A stretch of 32,000 nucleotides of DNA from an uncultured Enterobacteriaceae bacterium (GTDB taxonomy: Bacteria; Pseudomonadota; Gammaproteobacteria; Methylohalomonadales; Methylohalomonadaceae). The translations under genes were made by a program, and so were the position numbers. This document shows positions 19,894 through 27,564 of the stretch, in pieces (the first letter of the stretch is position 1; the number at the start of each line of letters is the position of its first letter). Location: positions 15,042 through 47,041 of the forward strand of contig CAZFUS010000008.1 of assembly GCA_964522485.1 (NCBI GenBank). The letters are read 5' to 3'. The notes beneath the pieces were generated by a model. That model had not been told where the DNA came from. It worked only from the letters and a program-made list of their open reading frames with translations, and ran no database searches.

Positions 19894-20601
19894 ATGCCAT
19901 TAGAGCTGCAAAACATCGAGGTCTATTTCGACCAGGCCGCCGCCCTGCGCGGGGTTTCCATGAAAGTTGCCGAAGGCAAGATCACCACACTGATCGGCGC
20001 CAACGGCGCCGGTAAAAGCACGACACTCAGGACCATCTCCGGTCTCGAGAAACCGACTTCGGGGGCAATTCATTTCGAGGGCAAACGCATAGACAAACTG
20101 CCCCCGGACAGGATACTCAAGATGGGCATAGCCCACGTACCGGAAGGACGGCGGGTATTTCCCGACCTCAGCGTCAACGAAAACCTGAGGCTGGGCGCCT
20201 TCACCCGCAAGGACACTGCGGAGATTGCCCGGGATCTGGAATCGGTCTTTGAGCATTTCCCCCGCCTGCGCGAACGAAAAAACCAGAAAGCCAATACGCT
20301 GAGCGGCGGCGAACAGCAGATGGTGGCCATCGGCCGGGCGCTGATGTCCCGGCCCAGGCTGCTATTGCTAGACGAGCCGTCGCTCGGCCTTGCGCCGCTA
20401 ATCGTGAAGGAAATCGCCAGTATCCTGCTGGAAATCAACAGGCAGGGTGTAACCATCATTCTGGTTGAGCAGAATGCGGAACTGGCACTCGGAGTCGCGC
20501 AGTATGGCTATGTGCTGGAAAGAGGCGATATCACCCTCGAAGGAGAAGCCAACACCCTGATGAAGAATGAGCATGTAAAAAGGGCATATCTCGGTATATA
20601 A
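19894..20601 (+). CDS. ABC transporter ATP-binding protein (LivF-like)
   Basis: The product starts at ATG 19894 (MPLELQNIEVYF...), 1 nt after the LivG-like stop. It has Walker A GANGAGKST, the signature LSGGEQQM, and Walker B LLLLDEP. Confidence 0.9.
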   Translation: MPLELQNIEVYFDQAAALRGVSMKVAEGKITTLIGANGAGKSTTLRTISGLEKPTSGAIHFEGKRIDKLPPDRILKMGIAHVPEGRRVFPDLSVNENLRLGAFTRKDTAEIARDLESVFEHFPRLRERKNQKANTLSGGEQQMVAIGRALMSRPRLLLLDEPSLGLAPLIVKEIASILLEINRQGVTIILVEQNAELALGVAQYGYVLERGDITLEGEANTLMKNEHVKRAYLGI

Positions 20602-20649
20602 GAATCAGATAATTTGAATTCATCATAATAAATTTCAAGGATAAGTGAT

Positions 20650-21411
20650 TTGACTGATTCGTTTAAGGAACTGGATATTGAGAGTCAGGAGCTATTATGG
20701 GTAGACTGCTGCGAATGCGCCTGTAGTGAAATTCAAGCGAAACATTACAAAGCTGCCATGGATTATTGGCAGGAATCCCTGAATCTGGCTGAATCCTTTT
20801 CCGATAGCGATCCCCGCCATGCAGCCAGTCTTAATAATATGGCGGTCGTATTTCGCCTGCGGAACAATCTGGAACTCGCTGAAAAATATTATCAGCTGGC
20901 AAAACAGCAATGGGCTGCCGCCGCCGACTGGGTCAAATGTATGGAAATCAGGAGCCGGGCTTCCAGTTCGGTTTTTCATTTAAGAATGGAGAGGCGCCAC
21001 AGGGAAAAATACAACAAGCCGATTATAGAAGATTATCTGAATAAACTGGATGCAGGTTACGCTGCCACGCTCAACAATCATGCCGAACTTCTACAGAAAC
21101 AAGACAAAAATCAACAGGCCAGAGCACAATATGCTCTTGCATTAGATAAAAGAATCAAATCAAACCTGACAGCTGATACGGGAGCAAAACGCATTGCAAG
21201 CAATCTTCACGCCAGTCTAAATGACAATACTCACATTTCGAATCGCTCGCAGAACATTAATAGATTAATTGAGCCCTCATCGCTCAACTTCATCGAAAAG
21301 GCCAGGCGCGAAAACTGGCTTATCGATAAACCGCCGATATTTACTGATGAGGGGCGTTTGATGGCAGCCCTGCTATTTACTTACATAATTGAGATGGAGT
21401 CATCACATTAA
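20650..21411 (+). CDS. Tetratricopeptide-repeat (TPR)-like hypothetical protein
   Basis: The 253-aa product has a TTG start with AAGGA 8 nt upstream. Two TPR-like units are visible: HAASLNNMAVVFRLRNNLELAEKYYQLA and YAATLNNHAELLQKQDKNQQARAQYALAL. The gene is AT-rich. Confidence 0.5.
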   Translation: MTDSFKELDIESQELLWVDCCECACSEIQAKHYKAAMDYWQESLNLAESFSDSDPRHAASLNNMAVVFRLRNNLELAEKYYQLAKQQWAAAADWVKCMEIRSRASSSVFHLRMERRHREKYNKPIIEDYLNKLDAGYAATLNNHAELLQKQDKNQQARAQYALALDKRIKSNLTADTGAKRIASNLHASLNDNTHISNRSQNINRLIEPSSLNFIEKARRENWLIDKPPIFTDEGRLMAALLFTYIIEMESSH

Positions 21412-21521
21412 TCAGTCAAACTGATTATCCAGAATAGCCAACACTGAGATTTTTACAGATATTGTAATGAGTTAACGAGGGCAAGGAAGATGGTATTCGG
21501 CATTGACACTGCCAGCAGACG

Positions 21522-22316
21522 ATGAATTCTTATAGCTACATAAAAGGCAGCAGCCCCCTGATCATAAGCATACCGCATAGCGGTACATATGTACCGGATG
21601 AAATTCTTCAACGCATGACAGCAGAAGCAAGAGTACTACCGGATACTGATTGGCATGTCGACAAGCTGTATGATTTTGCCGAGTCCATGGACGTTTCTAT
21701 AATAAAGGGAAACTACTCTAGGTATGTAATTGATCTGAACAGACCTCCTGATGATGCATCTTTATATCCCGGTATGGATACAACCGGTCTCTGTCCGGAA
21801 ACCCTTTTCAGTGGCAATCCCATCTACCGGGCCGGACAAACACCCGGATCAAAAGATGTCGCCAGACGAATCGAAAAAATATGGGCCCCCTATCACGAAT
21901 GTCTCAGTAAAATTATTCACGACAAAGTCGTCGATTATGGTTATGTGCTGCTGTACGAAGCACACTCCATCAAATCGGTGGTTCCGCGTCTTTTTGAAGG
22001 CAGATTGCCCGACCTGAATCTCGGCACGGCTGATGGCGCCAGTGTAGACTATGACCTGCAACAGAAACTGTACCAGATATGCAGCAGCAATGCCGATAAC
22101 TATACCAGCACGATTGACGGACGCTTCAAGGGGGGATATATAACCCGCTACTATGGACAACCAGACAGCGGCGTGCACGCCGTCCAGCTTGAATTGACTC
22201 AATGCAGCTATATGAATGAATGCTATCCGTACAATTACATGCCGGAAAATGCCATGAAAATACGTGGTATTCTGATCCGGCTGATACGCTGTATGCTGGA
22301 ATGGCGGCCGTCCTGA
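21522..22316 (+). CDS. N-formylglutamate amidohydrolase (HutG/FGase) family protein
   Basis: The 264-aa product has N-terminal SPLIISIPHSGTYVPDE and downstream motifs DTDWHVDKLY, SRYVIDLNR, LYEAHS and VQLELTQ, all characteristic of the FGase family. Confidence 0.8.
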   Translation: MNSYSYIKGSSPLIISIPHSGTYVPDEILQRMTAEARVLPDTDWHVDKLYDFAESMDVSIIKGNYSRYVIDLNRPPDDASLYPGMDTTGLCPETLFSGNPIYRAGQTPGSKDVARRIEKIWAPYHECLSKIIHDKVVDYGYVLLYEAHSIKSVVPRLFEGRLPDLNLGTADGASVDYDLQQKLYQICSSNADNYTSTIDGRFKGGYITRYYGQPDSGVHAVQLELTQCSYMNECYPYNYMPENAMKIRGILIRLIRCMLEWRPS

Positions 22317-22327
22317 AGCAGTACCAG

Positions 22328-22555
22328 ATGATGAACACTCAGGACTCAGCCATGCCGGGGTCTCCACCTCATACACTGCTTGATAAAGCCAGGCAGATGG
22401 CAGATCTCAAGGGCAAATCGGTATATTTATATAAAGAAGGGGACAACTGGTGTCTTGGTGAATCCCTGGGCATGATATCTGACTGTAGCAGGATCCTGGA
22501 AGTCAAGCCCCGTACCGATGAAGACAGCGAAACGGACAACTTTGGAGGTTGCTGA
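22328..22555 (+). CDS. Hypothetical small protein (75 aa), doubtful
   Basis: This is an open frame only, starting at ATGATG after the FGase stop. It has no recognisable motif and no clear SD. Confidence 0.25.
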   Translation: MMNTQDSAMPGSPPHTLLDKARQMADLKGKSVYLYKEGDNWCLGESLGMISDCSRILEVKPRTDEDSETDNFGGC

Positions 22556-22572
22556 AAACAGCATCAATCACC

Positions 22573-22770
22573 ATGAAATCTACTAATCGACAGGAGAAGA
22601 ATCGCAACACAGCTTCCGTAAGGCTGACAGATGACGATGTCTATATGATCATGATGTTACATCAGAATCAGAATATGAGCAGCAGAGACATCGCCAGGAA
22701 ATTCGGCATCAGTACCGCCCGGGTACGTGATATCGTGGCCAGACGGGTCGGCGGCAGCTGTTGCGGCTGA
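22573..22770 (+). CDS. Small putative helix-turn-helix DNA-binding protein (65 aa)
   Basis: The segment MSSRDIARKFGISTARVRDIVARR looks like a classical HTH of the resolvase or sigma-70-region-4 type. The stop lies only 6 nt from the convergent GFA stop, so the coding status is uncertain. Confidence 0.4.
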   Translation: MKSTNRQEKNRNTASVRLTDDDVYMIMMLHQNQNMSSRDIARKFGISTARVRDIVARRVGGSCCG

Positions 22771-22776
22771 CAGAAA

Positions 22777-23190
22777 TCAGTCGTTCCCGATATCGGTGCT
22801 GTCCAGGCCTTGCTGCTTTTTCGGCAAATCATCCATTAACTTGTAATAATCACCCGCAAAGTTCACATGGATATGGCACCGTGTCTGCAGCCCCGTCGGT
22901 TCCGTGAGCGAACCCGCAGCTATTCTCAACAAATCGGAGTCCAGCCGGTCCCAGAACAGACTGCTGCCGCATTCGCGGCAGAAGCCGCGTCTGGCCTGAG
23001 AAGATGAGCTATACCAGTTCAGAGCCCCTCGGCCGTCATCGATCTCAACGGCGTCACGACGGGCTGCCGTGTAAGCGGCATAATGACCATGGAATCGTCG
23101 GCATTGCCGACAATGACAGTTGACAATATCACGCAGGACTGTATTGACAGTGTATGTAACTGCTCCGCACAGGCACTGCCCCCTCTGCAT
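22777..23190 (-). CDS. GFA (glutathione-dependent formaldehyde-activating enzyme / CENP-V) family zinc protein
   Basis: The 137-aa product starts at ATG 23190 (MQRGQCLCGAVTY...). Its Cys pattern CxC...CHCxxCRR...CxxCG is typical of the GFA domain. The ORF-track start at 23226 adds 12 residues with no support. Confidence 0.8.
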   Translation of the reverse strand: MQRGQCLCGAVTYTVNTVLRDIVNCHCRQCRRFHGHYAAYTAARRDAVEIDDGRGALNWYSSSSQARRGFCRECGSSLFWDRLDSDLLRIAAGSLTEPTGLQTRCHIHVNFAGDYYKLMDDLPKKQQGLDSTDIGND

Positions 23191-23262
23191 GATTACTGAC
23201 TGATTCCTCTCAAACCCGGCCACCATGCATGCGTATCGGCAACGAATACAGGCACAGCAGGA

Positions 23263-23886
23263 TCACGATGGCTCAGGCTCGGCAACTGCCAGTGTCCAGT
23301 CAGGCTTGAATGCAACCACCTGTACGCCTGGCGGCATAAAAGGATTAAAGAGCTGATTATGCCAGTAGGTTGCCTGGTATAGATAACTGTCTGCGTCCAG
23401 ATTGATCACTTCACACGGTAGTGAAAAATACTGGCGCGTCTGATTGAATTCCAGCGTGCAAGTGCCCTGCTTTTCAAGATAATTAACCAGCGGTTCATCC
23501 GGCCCGAATAATGCAGTAAGCTGATCGGTAAATTCTCTCTTGTCCTGGTAATATTCAGCGGCGAGAAATTCCAGTCCGCTGTCGTAGCGCTTTTTCGGGT
23601 CCTGGGTGCGCCGGACCATGTGCCTGAACTCCGGCACTGTTGAACAGTGTTCATGCTTGTTGATCAGAACAATAATCTGAATCAACGTGCTCTTATCAAC
23701 AACAACGCCTGGGCACATGGACTCTGAAGGCTTGCCTGCATTCCTGCGCACGGCATTCTGTCTGGCCTTGCATTGCCATTTCAGAAAATGCTCACGTAAA
23801 GCCAATGCGGCCGTTTGATGGCGCACAACATTCTGGTGATTACCGTCAGTCACGTTTGTACTGCTGCCCTCTGTCGCCGGCATCAT
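23263..23886 (-). CDS. Hypothetical protein (207 aa) co-oriented with the NMG operon
   Basis: The long ORF starts ATGATG 10 nt after the upstream stop. I recognise no family. A notable segment is LREHFLKWQCKARQNAVRRNAGKPSESMCPGVVV. Confidence 0.5.
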   Translation of the reverse strand: MMPATEGSSTNVTDGNHQNVVRHQTAALALREHFLKWQCKARQNAVRRNAGKPSESMCPGVVVDKSTLIQIIVLINKHEHCSTVPEFRHMVRRTQDPKKRYDSGLEFLAAEYYQDKREFTDQLTALFGPDEPLVNYLEKQGTCTLEFNQTRQYFSLPCEVINLDADSYLYQATYWHNQLFNPFMPPGVQVVAFKPDWTLAVAEPEPS

Positions 23887-23896
23887 GTGAAATTAC

Positions 23897-24286
23897 TCAA
23901 AATTTCGCATAGGCCTTTTTCAGATCCACCAGCGGATGATCCGGCGACATCTGGAACTTCACCAGCAGCTCACGGGCAATCATGTCACGGTCCTGCTGAT
24001 TGTCAGGCAATTTAATGTCCCCCGGCACCTGCACCCAGCCGTTGATATTCCGGTCGAAAACCGCGGGTTTGCCTTCCTCATAACCCATGTGAACGTCCTC
24101 CAACCAGTTCAGGTCCTGCCAGTCCATGATTTCCATGTATTTCTCGAGAAACGGGGTGACACGGTTCATATCCGGCACCAGATTCACATCATAGCGATAG
24201 CCAATATGCTGCCCGATTAATTTTTCACGTTCTGTATCGACACCTGTACTTGTAACGTAGTAATCAATGTCTTTTTCCTTACTCAT
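23897..24286 (-). CDS. Hypothetical acidic protein (129 aa) immediately downstream of mgsC
   Basis: The ORF starts 31 nt after the mgsC stop with an AGAGAG-type SD. It has no Cys and no motif that I recognise. Confidence 0.5.
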   Translation of the reverse strand: MSKEKDIDYYVTSTGVDTEREKLIGQHIGYRYDVNLVPDMNRVTPFLEKYMEIMDWQDLNWLEDVHMGYEEGKPAVFDRNINGWVQVPGDIKLPDNQQDRDMIARELLVKFQMSPDHPLVDLKKAYAKF

Positions 24287-24317
24287 GGCGATCTCTCTAT
24301 CAATAAACAGATATTGA

Positions 24318-25706
24318 TTAATAGCGGGTCATATCGGGGCGACCGACCGTGTGCTGTGAACCCGCCATCGGCACCTGTGCCATGGAAGACGCCTCCATAG
24401 TCAAGGCTGCCAAATCTTCCGGTTCCAGTGAATGCACGTTGGTTTTTGCACAAGCCCTGGCAAACAGCTGACACTCAATAGCAAGCGTATGCAGGAAATT
24501 ATAGACACGCTCCGCAGCCTCATCCGGATGCAGACGTTTGCGCAGCTGTGGATCCTGGGTGGTAACGCCGACCGGGCAGCGACCGGTATGGCAATGGTAA
24601 CAATAGCCTGCCTCGACCCCCATTTCCTTCGGAAAATCGGCTTCCGGAATATCCTTGTTGCAGTTCAGGGCAATGAGTGACGCATGGCCGATTGCTACCG
24701 CATCGGCACCCAGGGCAAGCGCCTTGGCCAGATCAGAGCCGTTACGAATGCCGCCCGCATAAATCAGGGAGATTTCCCCCGTTTTACCTACGTCATCAAG
24801 CGCCTTCCTGGCCTGACGTATGGCGGCAATACCAGGTACACCGGTATCTTCGGTGGCAAGGTGGGGGCCGGCACCGGTACCACCCTCCATACCGTCAATA
24901 TAAATACAGTCAGGATCACACTTGGCCGCCATACGGACGTCATCATAAACACGGGCCGCACCAAGTTTCAGCTGGATCGGGATCTCCCAATTGGTAGCTT
25001 CGCGTATTTCCTGAACCTTGAGAGCAAGATCGTCCGGACCGAGCCAGTCGGGATGGCGAGCCGGCGAACGCTGATCGATGCCTGCCGGCAGCGAACGCAT
25101 TTCAGCAACCTGATCGGTAACTTTCTGTCCCATGAGATGCCCGCCCATACCGACCTTGCAGCCCTGACCGATGAAGAACTCGATCGCATCAGCCAGGCGC
25201 GCATGATGCGGATTGAAGCCATAACGTGACTGGATCAGCTGATAAAACCATTTCTCAGAATAACGACGTTCATCCGGTATCATGCCTCCTTCACCGGAAC
25301 AGGTTGCCGTACCAGCCATCGTCGCACCACGGGCCAGGGCACACTTCGCCTCATAGCTCAGGGCGCCGAAGCTCATGCCGGTAATATACACCGGTATATC
25401 CAGCTCCAGCGGACGCTTGGCGCGCGGACCGAGGATCGTTTTTGTCTCACATTTTTCTCTATAACCCTCGATAACAAAGCGTGTCAAAGTACCAGGCAGA
25501 AAAGTCAGATCATCAAAATGCGGGATTTTCTTGAACAGGGAAAAGCCGCGCATCCGATACCGGCCAAGTTCAGCCTTGACGTGTATATCATCGATAACAC
25601 GCGGCTGGAAAATAAAACTGGAACCGAGAACATGACGGTTGCGCTCGGGTTTGGTTTCCGGCACTATTTCAGGTGCTGGTTCTGTTGCTGGATTTTGCTG
25701 TGACAT
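24318..25706 (-). CDS. mgsC: FMN-binding glutamate-synthase-family protein (GlxD / GltB FMN domain), N-methylglutamate synthase subunit C-like
   Basis: The product is about 462 aa. It has a GltS FMN-domain signature (MSFGALSYEAKCALARGA..., IDGMEGGTGAGP..., ISLIYAGGIRNGSDLAKALALGADAV). It follows the GATase and GXGXG genes. I prefer ATG 25706 over the ORF-track TTG 25715. Confidence 0.85.
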   Translation of the reverse strand: MSQQNPATEPAPEIVPETKPERNRHVLGSSFIFQPRVIDDIHVKAELGRYRMRGFSLFKKIPHFDDLTFLPGTLTRFVIEGYREKCETKTILGPRAKRPLELDIPVYITGMSFGALSYEAKCALARGATMAGTATCSGEGGMIPDERRYSEKWFYQLIQSRYGFNPHHARLADAIEFFIGQGCKVGMGGHLMGQKVTDQVAEMRSLPAGIDQRSPARHPDWLGPDDLALKVQEIREATNWEIPIQLKLGAARVYDDVRMAAKCDPDCIYIDGMEGGTGAGPHLATEDTGVPGIAAIRQARKALDDVGKTGEISLIYAGGIRNGSDLAKALALGADAVAIGHASLIALNCNKDIPEADFPKEMGVEAGYCYHCHTGRCPVGVTTQDPQLRKRLHPDEAAERVYNFLHTLAIECQLFARACAKTNVHSLEPEDLAALTMEASSMAQVPMAGSQHTVGRPDMTRY

Positions 25707-25763
25707 TTTATTCAAACCTCTCGTAAGACCTTTCTGGGCAACTCATGCGGGTACGCATACCGG

Positions 25764-26606
25764 TTAAAGAACCAGTTTCTTTTCGGTAGGCTCAAGATTG
25801 TCGTAATTCCAGAGTTTCTTGCCTGAAACAATCTTGCGCACATTTGCCACACCATTGGGCGCTTCCAGTCCGTATATTGAAAGCTTTTTCGTAAGCCACT
25901 GGATATCGATATCGGTCATCTCGCTTTCAACTGCATCAACACCCAGGCTTTCATACTTGCCGGCTATATAAATGGTGCCGTCATACATTGAATCGCCAAG
26001 GTTGGAACCTGCATCACCCAGAATGACCATCCTGCCGCGTTGCATCATAAAACCCGAATTCATACCGGTCCGGCCACCGATAATGATGGTGCCACCCTTC
26101 ATGTCAATTCCGGTACGGGAGCCGACGTCACCCTTGCATACCAGATCACCGCCCCGTATAGCCGCGCCAAAGGTTGAACCGGCATTTTTCTCTACCACTA
26201 CAGTGCCGGCCATCATGTTCTCGGCACATGACCAGCCAACACGTCCCTTGATGCGCACGTTCGGCCCATCGATCAATCCGCAGCCGAAATAGCCAAGGCT
26301 GCCGTCGAAAGTAAGATTCAGCCGGTTAAGAATGCAGACACCCATTGAATGTTTGGCCCCTGGATTCCTGATCGTTATGCTGCCGTAACCTTCCTTCATA
26401 AGCTCACGAAGCTTGATATTCACGTCCTTATTGCTCATGTCGGCAGCGTCGAACTCAGTTTCCTTGTTAAAATCGACTTCAAAAGCACCAGGGTAAGTAA
26501 AATTCTCCTCGGCTGCCGGTTTGAAGAATATCTGCTGTGTGCGTCCTGCCAGCTGCTCATCGTGCATTCCCATTGCATGGGAATCTCTGGATTCTAGCTG
26601 TGCCAT
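25764..26606 (-). CDS. mgsB: GXGXG-motif protein (GlxC / glutamate synthase alpha C-terminal domain-like), N-methylglutamate synthase subunit B-like
   Basis: The 280-aa product has repeated Gly-rich beta-helix motifs (GYFGCGLIDGPNVRIKGRVGWSCAENMMAGTVVV..., GDVGSRTGIDMKGGTIIIGG..., ILGDAGSNLGDSMYDGTIYIAG). It overlaps the mgsA stop by 13 nt. Confidence 0.85.
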   Translation of the reverse strand: MAQLESRDSHAMGMHDEQLAGRTQQIFFKPAAEENFTYPGAFEVDFNKETEFDAADMSNKDVNIKLRELMKEGYGSITIRNPGAKHSMGVCILNRLNLTFDGSLGYFGCGLIDGPNVRIKGRVGWSCAENMMAGTVVVEKNAGSTFGAAIRGGDLVCKGDVGSRTGIDMKGGTIIIGGRTGMNSGFMMQRGRMVILGDAGSNLGDSMYDGTIYIAGKYESLGVDAVESEMTDIDIQWLTKKLSIYGLEAPNGVANVRKIVSGKKLWNYDNLEPTEKKLVL

Positions 26607-27547
26607 ACTTTCACCGCTCCATCATAAGGATCATAGGTATCAATCTCATGGGGAAAGATACTTCTTATGGCAACCTCTTCGGATGCCAAGGCAATGAAGT
26701 CATCACTCTCATAGAGAACCATAGGTTTTGCAGCCATAGTGTCTTTCGCCATGCCCAGAGAATTGCTGGTCGCAACAAGATAGGTAAAAACGCCATCCAG
26801 ATCCGTTACCGAGTCATGCATCGCTTCTTCCAGCGTTTTTCCCTGATCGAGTTTGTCTGCAATGTAGACGGCTATCAGTTCGGAGTCGCAGTTGGAAGCA
26901 AAGCGATGTCCTTTACGCTCGAGGGCCCGGCGCTTGGTCCAGTAATTCGTCAACTGCCCATTGTGCACCACGGAAATATCACTGTACGGATATGCCCAGT
27001 AAGGATGGGCCGAACGGATATCAACATCAGATTCCGTGGCCATACGGGTATGCCCCATTGCATGCGTGCCCTGGAAGTCGCCCAGATCATATCCATCACT
27101 GACGGTCTTGGCATCACCGAGGTCCTTGATTAATTCAAGTGCACGTCCCATGGAGAGAATTTCCACTCCCTCCAGATCCTCGAGATAGTCGGCGAGCTTT
27201 CCGAGATCACCGTCATATTCAATAGTATACCTAAAGGCATATTCTTTAGGTTGATCAATGTTTACTATTTTACCGTCCAGCTCTTTTATACGTGTCTCAA
27301 CGTCTTCCTTACGCTGTATGATCAGATCATGAATGCCCCATGCGCCCTTTTTGCTATGCGTCGACTCAACATCCGCACCCTCGGCTACTTTCAGGCGTAT
27401 GATATACTGCTTCGGATTTCCCTGACCATAAAGTGCATAGCCGGTTGAGTCTGGCCCTCTATGTTTTAATGCCTGTAGCATTAAGGCCATTTCCTTACCA
27501 ATACCAGCACTTTTGCCTTTATGAATAAGTCCTGCTATTCCACACAT
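26594..27547 (-). CDS. mgsA: Class II (Ntn) glutamine amidotransferase-family protein (GlxB-like), N-methylglutamate synthase subunit A-like
   Basis: The 317-aa product begins MCGIAG, with the catalytic Cys directly after Met. GHTRMATES and VVHNGQLTNY motifs are present. A GGAGGA SD lies upstream. Confidence 0.85.
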   Translation of the reverse strand: MCGIAGLIHKGKSAGIGKEMALMLQALKHRGPDSTGYALYGQGNPKQYIIRLKVAEGADVESTHSKKGAWGIHDLIIQRKEDVETRIKELDGKIVNIDQPKEYAFRYTIEYDGDLGKLADYLEDLEGVEILSMGRALELIKDLGDAKTVSDGYDLGDFQGTHAMGHTRMATESDVDIRSAHPYWAYPYSDISVVHNGQLTNYWTKRRALERKGHRFASNCDSELIAVYIADKLDQGKTLEEAMHDSVTDLDGVFTYLVATSNSLGMAKDTMAAKPMVLYESDDFIALASEEVAIRSIFPHEIDTYDPYDGAVKVWHS

Positions 27548-27564
27548 GTATTAATTCCTCCAGT

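Noticed and set aside
21409-21427. The hairpin TAATCAGT-CAA-ACTGATTA overlapping the TPR gene stop, considered as a terminator
   Set aside because: The stem is AT-rich, the loop is only 3 nt, and no downstream T tract follows. It is too weak to call.
21492-21510. GGTATTCGGCATTGACAC upstream of the FGase-family gene, which resembles a compressed version of the shared element
   Set aside because: The spacer and 12-mer are not conserved (GCATTGAC instead of GCAATTGAC, and no full box). The TTGAC lies only about 15 nt from the ATG, too close to serve as a -35 for this gene. It is probably a chance match.
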